Assembly (NCBI RefSeq): GCF_000014265.1
Contig: NC_008312.1
Location: 720,001 to 752,000, forward strand
Direction: 5' to 3'
Source: Trichodesmium erythraeum IMS101
GTDB taxonomy: Bacteria > Cyanobacteriota > Cyanobacteriia > Cyanobacteriales > Microcoleaceae
Length of the DNA stretch: 32,000 nucleotides
The notes beneath the pieces are model-generated. The model did not search any database and was not told the origin of the DNA. It saw nothing but the letters and a program-made list of their open reading frames with translations. Of the stretch, positions 9,656 through 17,883 are shown piece after piece (within the stretch, counting starts at the first letter, position 1; each line of letters starts with the position of its first letter). A program made the translations under genes and the position numbers.

Positions 9656-11518
9656 CTATTCAAAAGTCCTGGGGGGGAAACTCACAAGACGAAAACCAAC
9701 AGAGTAGTTGTCCGCCTCGCCCGAGAGATAGCTGTCGCGGTCCGCAGAGCGACACCTCCTAGGAAAGTAGTCCCAGGAGCCGCCACGACAGACTCTGCTA
9801 CTACTATCACCTCCAGTTTCCCAGGCACTGCCATCAGTAGGTGCTCCATTATAGTTTTCATGCCCAACATCCTGACACCACTCGTACACATTCCCATGCA
9901 TATCGTACAAACCAAATGCATTCGGTGGAAAAATTCCCACATCTGTTGTTTCTTTTCGATATTTTCCTTTCGGAGCATCAGCATAAGTATAGTTGCCATT
10001 GTAGTTAACTAACTCAGAGGTTATAGTTTCTCCAAAATAAAATGGTGTTGTTGTTCGGGCTCGACAAGCATATTCCCATTGGCTCTCACTGGGTAGACTA
10101 TATTGTTTTCCTGTTATTCGTGAGAGTTTCCGACAAAATTCTGTCGCATCATTCCAACTTACTTTTTCCACAGGACGGTTTGCACCTTTAAACCTAGCAG
10201 GGTTATTTCCCATAACTGCTTCCCACTGTGCTTGAGTAACTGCATACTTTCCCATCAAAAATTCTGGCACATCTACATAATGTTGGGGACCTTCATCATT
10301 CTTTCTTTCTGCTTCCGTCTCTGGAGACCCCATCAAAAACCTACCTCCGGGAATTTTTACCATTTCTAGAGAAACTCCATTACCAATATTTTCTGTTATT
10401 ACTTCTGCTTCACCTGGAGCGCGGCTTATTATTTCTCCTCTGCGGTTAACTTTCACCGTAGTAAATAGCTGAACGGGAATTTTTGGTGGTGGTGGAGGAG
10501 TTGGTGATGGTGTCGGCTGGGGTGTTGAAATATTTTCCCTAGGAGTTTCTTTTCTCAGGTCAGAACTAGAAATATTTTCTGGAGATGGTTTCAATTTTTC
10601 ATTTAATAATGCTCCCACAAACCCACTTCCGGCTAAACCCACTAATATCAATATTTTTCTTCTCGTTTTATTACCTAACCTTAGTTTTCCTGAAGTTTGA
10701 ACATTTAATGCTTCCATAGCTTCCATCGCATTTTGATAACGTTCTGAAAAATACTCCCGCACCATCTTATCTAATACATTTGCCAGGTCGTTACTTACCT
10801 CCGCTTTATTTCGCCAAATTATATTTCCTGTTTTTGGGTCTGTTGGTAAACTTTGTGGGTCTTTTCCCGTCAGTGCTTTTATTCCCACCATCCCCACTGC
10901 ATATATATCGCTACTTAACTTCGGCTTACCGTTACTTTGTTCACTCGGGATATAACCAGGAGTTCCCACTGCAACTGTTAAAGTTGTTGCACCTTGTTGG
11001 GTAATAGTCAGTGTGCTTATTTCCTTTACCGCCCCAAAGTCTATCAATATCACTTTATTGTCTGAGCCGCGACGCATCAAATTTTGGGGTTTTATATCTC
11101 GATGAATTATATTATTTTCATGAGCCACCACTAATGCTTCTAATATTCCTTTCAATAAAGCGATCGTATCCGACTCACTTAATTTTTTCCCCGGCGTCAG
11201 TTCTCGACTTATGTCTTGCCCTTCTATATATTCTTGTACTAAGTAAAATTCTTTTTCTTCTTGAAAATGGGCCAATAATCTAGGTATTTGGTCTGAGTCA
11301 CTACCTAACTTGTATAAAGTCTCCGCTTCTCTTTCAAATAATTTTCTAGCAATATTTAGAACTATAGGGTCTGAGCTTTTCGGAGATAAATGTTTAACCA
11401 CACATTTAGGTTTTCCTGGTAAATCTGAATCTTGGGCCAAATAGGTATCCCCAAAACCTCCACTACCCAAGGGTTTGATGATTTTATAATGGTTTCTCAA
11501 AGTGGTTCCAGACTGCAT
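9656..11518 (-). CDS. Receptor-type Ser/Thr protein kinase fused to an FGE-sulfatase (C-type-lectin fold) domain, array copy 1, 620 aa
   Basis: Kinase motifs GSGGFG, VVKHL, HRDIKPQN, DFG, GTPGYIPSEQ. One TM helix (ILILVGLAGSGFVGALL) and a Pro-rich linker (PQPTPSPTPPPPPK). FGE motifs: FLMGS, YAVTQAQW, PVE.VSW, LPSESQWEYACRA, YDMHGNV.E.C.D, RGGSW, CRSA.R, GFRLV. Confidence 0.92.
   Translation of the reverse strand: MQSGTTLRNHYKIIKPLGSGGFGDTYLAQDSDLPGKPKCVVKHLSPKSSDPIVLNIARKLFEREAETLYKLGSDSDQIPRLLAHFQEEKEFYLVQEYIEGQDISRELTPGKKLSESDTIALLKGILEALVVAHENNIIHRDIKPQNLMRRGSDNKVILIDFGAVKEISTLTITQQGATTLTVAVGTPGYIPSEQSNGKPKLSSDIYAVGMVGIKALTGKDPQSLPTDPKTGNIIWRNKAEVSNDLANVLDKMVREYFSERYQNAMEAMEALNVQTSGKLRLGNKTRRKILILVGLAGSGFVGALLNEKLKPSPENISSSDLRKETPRENISTPQPTPSPTPPPPPKIPVQLFTTVKVNRRGEIISRAPGEAEVITENIGNGVSLEMVKIPGGRFLMGSPETEAERKNDEGPQHYVDVPEFLMGKYAVTQAQWEAVMGNNPARFKGANRPVEKVSWNDATEFCRKLSRITGKQYSLPSESQWEYACRARTTTPFYFGETITSELVNYNGNYTYADAPKGKYRKETTDVGIFPPNAFGLYDMHGNVYEWCQDVGHENYNGAPTDGSAWETGGDSSSRVCRGGSWDYFPRRCRSADRDSYLSGEADNYSVGFRLVSFPPRTFE
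9698..9808 (-). other. DGR-like variable region (VR) of copy 1
   Basis: 111-bp patch encoding D-SSSRVCRGGSW-DYF-P-RR-CRSA-D-R-DSYLSGEADNYSV. It is bounded by sequence invariant in all four copies: ACTGGAGGT on the 5' side and GGTTTTCGTCTTGTGAGTTTCC on the 3' side. The block CGTGGCGGCTCCTGG inside the patch is also invariant. See the first finding for the codon-position pattern. Confidence 0.7.
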
Positions 11519-11556
11519 AGTATTTTTAATCTATAATGAACGGGCAAAAGCTGAAA

Positions 11557-11584
11557 ATTATAGCCTTGTGGGATAACTTATCAA
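11557..11584 (-). promoter_or_regulatory. Candidate sigma70-type promoter of array copy 1; an identical copy at 13664-13691 serves copy 2
   Basis: The minus strand reads TTGATA-N16-TATAAT about 40 nt upstream of the ATG. Copies 3 and 4 keep the TATAAT (15781-15786, 17920-17925) but lack the 21 bp that carry the -35 element. Confidence 0.35.
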
Positions 11585-11759
11585 AATATAGTTACACAAG
11601 ACATCCTTTTATTTTATAGCTCTTATCCTAACTCGGTGAACTACAACACCCATTTTTATAATGAAATGCACAAAGCAGGTGAAACGTCATAATTTTTTAA
11701 CTGCCCCCGGAAAAATTTCCCAATATTCGGAAAAAAAAAGCCAGGGTAAAAGTCAGTGG

Positions 11760-13625
11760 TTATGTGGTTGAAGTCCTGGGGGGGAAACTCACAAGACGAA
11801 AACCAATATAGAAGTTGTCCGCCTCGACCGAGTTATAGAGGTTGCGGAGCGCAGAGCGACACCACCAAGGATAGTTGAGCCAGGAGCCGCCACGATAGAC
11901 TCTTCTACTACTATCACCTCCAGTTTCCCAGGCACTGCCATCAGTAGGTGCTCCATTATAGTTTTCATGCCAAACATCCTGACAAAACTCCCACACATTC
12001 CCATGCATATCGTACAAACCAAATGCATTCGGTGGAAAAATTCCCACATCTGTTGTTTCTTTTCGATATTTTCCTTTCGGAGCATCAGCATAAGTATAGT
12101 TGCCATCGTAGTTAACTAACTCAGGCGTTATAGTTTCTCCAAAATAAAATGGTGTTGTTGTTCGGGCTCGACAAGCATATTCCCATTGGCTCTCACTTGG
12201 TAGACTATATTGTTTTCCTGTTATTTGTGAGAGTTTCCGACAAAATTCTGTCGCATCACTCCAACTTACCTGTTCCACAGGACGGTTTGCACCTTGAAAC
12301 CTAGCAGGGTTATTTCCCATAACTGCTTTCCACTGTGCTTGAGTAACTGCATACTTTCCCATCAAAAATTCTGGCACATCTACATAATGTTGCGGGCTTT
12401 CATCATCATCTCTTTCTGCTTCTGTCTCTGGAGACCCCATCAAAAACCTACCTCCGGGAATTTTTACCATTTCTAGAGAAACTCCATTACCAATATTTTC
12501 TGTTATTACTTCTGCTTCACCTGGAGCGCGGCTTATTATTTCTCCTCTGCGGTTAACTTTCACCGTAGTAAATAGCTGAACGGGAATTTTTGGTGGTGGT
12601 GGAGGAGTTGGTGATGGTGTCGGCTGGGGTGTTGAAATATTTTCCCTAGGAGTTTCTTTTCTCAGGTCAGAACTAGAAATATTTTCTGGAGATGGTTTCA
12701 ATTTTTCATTTAATAATGCTCCCACAAACCCACTTCCGGCTAAACCCACTAATATCAATATTTTTCTTCTCGTTTTATTACCTAACCTTAGTTTTCCTGA
12801 AGTTTGAATATTTAACGCTTCCATAGTTTCCATCGCATTTTTATAACGTTCTGAAAAATGGTCGCGCACCATCCTATCTAATACATTTGCCAGGTCGTTA
12901 CTTACCTCCGCTTCATTTCGCCAAATTATATTTCCTGTATTTGGGTCTGTTGGTAAATTTTGTGGGTCTTTTCCCGTCAGTGCTTTTATTCCCACCATCC
13001 CCACTGCATATATATCGCTACTTAACTTCGGCTTACCGTTACTTTGTTCACTCGGGATATAACCAGGAGTTCCCACTGCAACTGTTAAAGTTGTTGCACC
13101 TTGTGGGGCAATAGTCAGTATACTTATTTCCTTTACCGCCCCAAAGTCTATCAATATCACTTTATTGTCTGAGCCGCGACGCATCAAATTTTGGGGTTTT
13201 ATATCTCGATGAATTATATTATTTTCATGAGCCACCACTAATGCTTCTAATATTCCTTTCAATAAAGCGATCGTATCCGACTCACTTAATTTTTTCCCCG
13301 GCGTCAGTTCTCGACTTATGTCTTGCCCTTCTATATATTCTTGTACTAAGTAAAATTCTTTTTCTTCTTGAAAATGGGCCAATAATCTAGGTATTTGGTC
13401 TGAGTCACTACCTAACTTGTATAAAGTCTCCGCTTCTCTTTCAAATAATTTTCTAGCAATATTTAGAACTATAGGGTCTGAGCTTTTCGGAGATAAATGT
13501 TTAACCACACATTTAGGTTTTCCTGGTAAATCTGAATCTTGGGCCAAATAGGTATCCCCAAAACCTCCACTACCCAAGGGTTTGATGATTTTATAATGGT
13601 TTCTCAAAGTGGTTCCAGACTGCAT
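11760..13625 (-). CDS. Ser/Thr kinase-TM-FGE-sulfatase domain protein, array copy 2, 621 aa
   Basis: Same architecture as copy 1. The 5' part and the upstream region are identical to copy 1. Confidence 0.92.
   Translation of the reverse strand: MQSGTTLRNHYKIIKPLGSGGFGDTYLAQDSDLPGKPKCVVKHLSPKSSDPIVLNIARKLFEREAETLYKLGSDSDQIPRLLAHFQEEKEFYLVQEYIEGQDISRELTPGKKLSESDTIALLKGILEALVVAHENNIIHRDIKPQNLMRRGSDNKVILIDFGAVKEISILTIAPQGATTLTVAVGTPGYIPSEQSNGKPKLSSDIYAVGMVGIKALTGKDPQNLPTDPNTGNIIWRNEAEVSNDLANVLDRMVRDHFSERYKNAMETMEALNIQTSGKLRLGNKTRRKILILVGLAGSGFVGALLNEKLKPSPENISSSDLRKETPRENISTPQPTPSPTPPPPPKIPVQLFTTVKVNRRGEIISRAPGEAEVITENIGNGVSLEMVKIPGGRFLMGSPETEAERDDDESPQHYVDVPEFLMGKYAVTQAQWKAVMGNNPARFQGANRPVEQVSWSDATEFCRKLSQITGKQYSLPSESQWEYACRARTTTPFYFGETITPELVNYDGNYTYADAPKGKYRKETTDVGIFPPNAFGLYDMHGNVWEFCQDVWHENYNGAPTDGSAWETGGDSSRRVYRGGSWLNYPWWCRSALRNLYNSVEADNFYIGFRLVSFPPRTSTT
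11805..11915 (-). other. DGR-like variable region (VR) of copy 2
   Basis: Homologous 111-bp patch encoding ...GGSW-LNY-P-WW-CRSA-L-R-NLYNSVEADNFYI. About 19 differences from copy 1 by hand count, against none in the 759-bp identical stretch elsewhere in these two units. Confidence 0.7.
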
Positions 13626-13866
13626 AGTATTTTTAATCTATAATGAACGGGCAAAAGCTGAAAATTATAGCCTTGTGGGATAACTTATCAAAATATAGTT
13701 ACACAAGACATCCTTTTATTTTATAGCTCTTATCCTAACTCGGTGAACTACAACACCCATTTTTATAATGAAATGCACAAAGCAGGTGAAACGTCATAAT
13801 TTTTTAACTGCCCCCGGAAAAATTTCCCAATATTCGGAAAAAAAAAGCCAGGGTAAAAGTCAGTGG

Positions 13867-15744
13867 TTATGTGGTTGAAGTTCTGGGGGGGAAACTCACA
13901 AGACGAAAACCAATAGCGTTGAGGTTGGGCACGACAGAGCCAAAGCCGATGCGGTCAGCGGAGCGACACCTCCCGGGATAGATGATCCAGGAGCCGCCAC
14001 GACAGACTCTTCTACTACTATTACCTCCAGTTTCCCAAGCACTGCCATCAGTAGGTGCTCCATTATAGTTATCATGCCAAACATCCTGACAAAACTCCCA
14101 CACATTCCCATGCATATCGTACAAACCAAATGCATTCGGTGAAAAATTTCCCACATCTGTTGTTTCTTGTCGATATTTTCCTCTCGGAGCATCAGCATAA
14201 GCACCGTTGCCATTGTAGTTAACTAACTCAGAGGTTATAGTTTCTCCAAAATAAAATGGTGTTGTTGCTCCGGCTCGACAAGCATATTCCCATTGACTCT
14301 CACTTGGTAGACTATATTGTTTTCCTGTTATTTGTGAGAGTTTCCGACAAAATTCTGTCGCATCACTCCAACTTACCTGTTCCACAGGACGGTTTGCACC
14401 TTGAAACCTAGCAGGGTTATTTCCCATAACTGCTTTCCACTGTGCTTGAGTAACTGCATATTTTCCCATCAAAAATTCTGGCACATCTACATCATGTTGC
14501 GGGCTTTCATCATTCTTTCTTTCTGCTTCTGTCTCTGGAGACCCCATCAAAAACCTACCTCCGGGAATTTTTACCATTTCTAGAGAAACTCTATCACCAA
14601 TATTTTCTGTTATTACTTCTGCTTGAGCTGGAGTGCGGCTTATTATTTCTCCTCTGCGGTTAACTTTCACCGTAGTAAATATCTGAACAGAAATTTTTGG
14701 TAGTGGTGGAATAGAAATATTTTCCCTAGAGGTTCCTGTTATCAGTTCAGAACCAGAAAAATTTTCTGGAGATGGCTTCAATTTTTCATTTAAAAATGCT
14801 CCCACAAAACCACTTCCGGCTAAACCCACTAATGTCAATATTTGTCTTCTCGTTTTATTACCTAACCTTAGTTTTCCTGAAGTTTGAATATTTAATGCTT
14901 CCATAGCTTCCCCTGCAGAAGTTTGAACATTTAACGCTTCCATAGCTTCCATCGCATTTTTATAACGTTCTGAAAAATGGTCGCGCACCATCTTATCTAA
15001 TACATTTGCCAGGCCGTTACTTACCTCCGCTTCATTTCGCCAAATTATATTTCCTGTGTTTGGGTCTGTTGGTAAATTTTGTGGGTCTTTTCCCGTCAGT
15101 GCTTTTATTCCCACCATCCCCACTGCATATATATCGCTACTTAACTTCGGCTTACCGTTACTTTGTTCACTCGGGATATAACCAGGAGTTCCCACTGCAA
15201 CTGTTAAAGTTGTTGCACCTTGTGGGGCAATAGTCAGTGTACTTATTTCCTTTACCGCCCCAAAGTCTATCAATATCACTTTATTGTCTGAGCCGCGACG
15301 CACCAAATTTTGGGGTTTTATATCTCGATGAATTATATTATTTTCATGAGTCACCACTAACGCTTCTAATATTCCTTTCAGTAAAGCGATCGTATCCGAC
15401 TCACTTAATTTTTTCCCCGGCGCCAGTTCTTGACTTATGTTTTGCCCTTCTATATATTCTTGTACCAAATAAAATTCTTTTTCTTCTTGAAAATGGGCCA
15501 ATAATCTAGGTATTTGGTCTGAGTCAGTACCTAACCTGTATAAAGCCTCCGCCTCTCTTTCAAATAATTTTCTAGCAATACTTAGAACCATAGGGTCTGA
15601 GCTTTTCGGAGATAAATGTTTAACCACACATTTAGGTTTTCCTGGTAAATCTGAGTCTTGGGCCAAATAGGTATCCCCAAAACCTCCACTACCCAAAGGT
15701 TTGATGATTTTATAACGGTTTCTCAGGGTTGTTCCAGACAGCAT
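13867..15744 (-). CDS. Ser/Thr kinase-TM-FGE-sulfatase domain protein, array copy 3, 625 aa
   Basis: Same architecture. The Pro-rich linker is shortened (IPPLPK). There is a 13-aa in-frame duplication before the TM helix. Confidence 0.9.
   Translation of the reverse strand: MLSGTTLRNRYKIIKPLGSGGFGDTYLAQDSDLPGKPKCVVKHLSPKSSDPMVLSIARKLFEREAEALYRLGTDSDQIPRLLAHFQEEKEFYLVQEYIEGQNISQELAPGKKLSESDTIALLKGILEALVVTHENNIIHRDIKPQNLVRRGSDNKVILIDFGAVKEISTLTIAPQGATTLTVAVGTPGYIPSEQSNGKPKLSSDIYAVGMVGIKALTGKDPQNLPTDPNTGNIIWRNEAEVSNGLANVLDKMVRDHFSERYKNAMEAMEALNVQTSAGEAMEALNIQTSGKLRLGNKTRRQILTLVGLAGSGFVGAFLNEKLKPSPENFSGSELITGTSRENISIPPLPKISVQIFTTVKVNRRGEIISRTPAQAEVITENIGDRVSLEMVKIPGGRFLMGSPETEAERKNDESPQHDVDVPEFLMGKYAVTQAQWKAVMGNNPARFQGANRPVEQVSWSDATEFCRKLSQITGKQYSLPSESQWEYACRAGATTPFYFGETITSELVNYNGNGAYADAPRGKYRQETTDVGNFSPNAFGLYDMHGNVWEFCQDVWHDNYNGAPTDGSAWETGGNSSRRVCRGGSWIIYPGRCRSADRIGFGSVVPNLNAIGFRLVSFPPRTSTT
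13912..14022 (-). other. DGR-like variable region (VR) of copy 3
   Basis: Homologous 111-bp patch encoding ...GGSW-IIY-P-GR-CRSA-D-R-IGFGSVVPNLNAI. Confidence 0.7.
14879..14956 (-). repeat. In-frame 39-bp tandem duplication inside copy 3
   Basis: 14879-14917 and 14918-14956 are near-identical (GAAGTTTGAA.ATTTAA.GCTTCCATAGCTTCC...). The protein reads AMEALNVQTSAGE-AMEALNIQTSGKL. Confidence 0.9.
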
Positions 15745-15969
15745 AGTACTTTAATCTATAATAAACGGCCAAAGCTGAAAATTATAGCCTTGTGTTACAC
15801 AAGACGTCCTTTTATTTTATAGCTCTTATCCTGACTCGGCCAACTACAACACCCATTTTTATAATGAAATGCACAAAGCAGGTGAAACGTCATAATTTTT
15901 AACTCCCCCCGGAGAAATTTCCCAATATTCGGAAAAAAAAGCCAGGGTAAAAGTCAGTGCTTATGTAGT

Positions 15970-17883
15970 TTAATTTCTGGGGAGGAAACTCACAAGACGA
16001 AAACCAAGACCGTTGTTGAACGCCTCGATGGAGACATAGTAGCCGCGGAGCGAAGAGCGACACCACCTAGGAAAGAAGTCCCAGGAGCCGCCACGAAGGA
16101 CACTGAAACCACTGTTACCTCCAGTTTCCCAAGCAGTGCCATCAGTAGGTGCTCCATTATAGTTTTCATGCCAAACATCCTGACACCACTCGTACACATT
16201 CCCATGCATATCGTACAAACCAAATGCATTCGGTGGAAAAATTCCCACATCTGTTGTTTCTTTTCGATATTTTCCTTTCGGAGCATCAGCATAAGTACCG
16301 TTGCCATTATGGTTAACTAACTCAGACGTTATAGTTTCTCCAAAATAAAACGGTGTTGTTGTTCGGGCTCGACAAGCATATTCCCATTGGCTCTCACTGG
16401 GTAGACTATATTGTTTTCCTGTTATTCGTGAGAGTTTCCGACAAAATTCTGTCGCATCATTCCAACTTACACTTTCCACAGGACGGTTTGCACCTTTAAA
16501 CCTAGCAGGGTTATTTCCCATAACTGCTTCCCACTGTGCTTGAGTAACTGCATATTTTCCCATCAAAAATTCTGGCACATCTACATCATGTTGCGGGCTT
16601 TCATCACTAGATCTTTCTGCTTCCGTCTCTGGAGACCCCATCAAAAACCTACCTCCGGGAATTTTTACCATTTCTAGAGAAACTCCATTACCAATATTTT
16701 CTGTTATTACTTCTGCTTGATATTCAGTGCGACTTATTATTTCTCCTCTGCGGTTAACTTTCACCGTAGTAAATATCTGAACAGAAATTTTTGGTGGTGC
16801 TGGAGAAGTTGGTGATGCTGTTGCCTGGGGAGTTGAAATATTTTCCCTAGAGGTTTCTGTTCTCAGTTCAGAACTAGAAATATTTTCTGGAGATGGTTTC
16901 AATTTTTCATTTAATAACGCTCCCACAAAACTAGAAATATTTTCTGGAGATGGTTTCAATTTTTCATTTAATAATGCTCCCACAAACGCACTTCCGGCTA
17001 AACCTGCCAATATCAATATTTTTCTTCTCGTTTTATTACCTAACCTTAGTTTTCCTGAAGTTTGAATATTTAACGCTTCCATAGTTTCCATCGCATTTTT
17101 ATAACGTTCTGAAAAATGGTCGCGCACCATCCTATCTAATACATTTGCCAGGTCGTTACTTACCTCCGCTTCATTTCGCCAAATTATATTTCCTGTGTTT
17201 GGGTCTGTTGGTAAACTTTGTGGGTCTTTTCCCGTCAGTGCTTTTATTCCCACCATCCCCACTGCATATATATCGCTACTTAACTTCGGCTTACCGTTAC
17301 TTTGTTCACTCGGGATATAACCAGGAGTTCCCACTGCAACTGTTAAAGTTGTTGCACCTTGTGGGGCAATAGTCAGTATACTTATTTCCTTTACCGCCCC
17401 AAAGTCTATCAATATCACTTTATTGTCTGAGCCGCGACGCATCAAATTTTGGGGTTTTATATCTCGATGAATTATATTATTTTCATGAGCCACCACTAAC
17501 GCTTCTAATATTCCTTTCAGTAAAGCGATCGTATCCGACTCACTTAATTTTTTCCCCGGCGTCAGTTCTCGACTTATATCCTGCCCTTCTATATATTCTT
17601 GTACCAAGTAAAATTCTTTTTCTTCTTGAAAATGAGCCAATAACTTGGGTACTTGGTCTGAGTCAGTACCTAACCTGTATAAAGCCTCCGCCTCTCTTTC
17701 AAATAATTTTCTAGCAATACTTAGAACCATAGGGTCTGAGCTTTTCGGAGATAAATGTTTAACCACACATTTAGGTTTTCCTGGTAAATCTGAATCTTGG
17801 GCCAAATAGGTATCCCCAAAACCTCCACTACCCAAAGGTTTGATGATTTTATAACGGTTTCTCAGGGTTGTTCCAGACTGCAT
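15970..17883 (-). CDS. Ser/Thr kinase-TM-FGE-sulfatase domain protein, array copy 4, 637 aa
   Basis: Same architecture. A 19-aa in-frame duplication spans the TM/juxtamembrane region. An earlier stop gives the C-terminus LVSFLPRN. Confidence 0.9.
   Translation of the reverse strand: MQSGTTLRNRYKIIKPLGSGGFGDTYLAQDSDLPGKPKCVVKHLSPKSSDPMVLSIARKLFEREAEALYRLGTDSDQVPKLLAHFQEEKEFYLVQEYIEGQDISRELTPGKKLSESDTIALLKGILEALVVAHENNIIHRDIKPQNLMRRGSDNKVILIDFGAVKEISILTIAPQGATTLTVAVGTPGYIPSEQSNGKPKLSSDIYAVGMVGIKALTGKDPQSLPTDPNTGNIIWRNEAEVSNDLANVLDRMVRDHFSERYKNAMETMEALNIQTSGKLRLGNKTRRKILILAGLAGSAFVGALLNEKLKPSPENISSFVGALLNEKLKPSPENISSSELRTETSRENISTPQATASPTSPAPPKISVQIFTTVKVNRRGEIISRTEYQAEVITENIGNGVSLEMVKIPGGRFLMGSPETEAERSSDESPQHDVDVPEFLMGKYAVTQAQWEAVMGNNPARFKGANRPVESVSWNDATEFCRKLSRITGKQYSLPSESQWEYACRARTTTPFYFGETITSELVNHNGNGTYADAPKGKYRKETTDVGIFPPNAFGLYDMHGNVYEWCQDVWHENYNGAPTDGTAWETGGNSGFSVLRGGSWDFFPRWCRSSLRGYYVSIEAFNNGLGFRLVSFLPRN
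16006..16116 (-). other. DGR-like variable region (VR) of copy 4
   Basis: Homologous 111-bp patch encoding ...GGSW-DFF-P-RW-CRSS-L-R-GYYVSIEAFNNGL. It retains AAC AAC at two of the variable codons. Confidence 0.65.
16873..16986 (-). repeat. In-frame 57-bp tandem duplication inside copy 4
   Basis: 16873-16929 and 16930-16986 differ at one base. The protein reads FVGALLNEKLKPSPENISS twice. Confidence 0.95.

Noticed and set aside
9682-9999. 105-aa minus-strand ORF (MATILMLML...), repeated at 11789-12106, 13896-14213 and 15990-16307
   Set aside because: It is an alternative frame nested entirely inside the kinase-FGE genes. It recurs only because the host gene is repeated. It has no independent start context or recognisable domain, and its C-terminus is scrambled by the VR.
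9556-10012. Plus-strand ORFs 9556-9762 and 9578-10012, and the antisense ORF families at 10780-11283, 12294-13114, 14401-15509 and 17145-17372
   Set aside because: They are antisense to a well-supported CDS, low-complexity and without recognisable motifs. Their repetition simply mirrors the tandem array.
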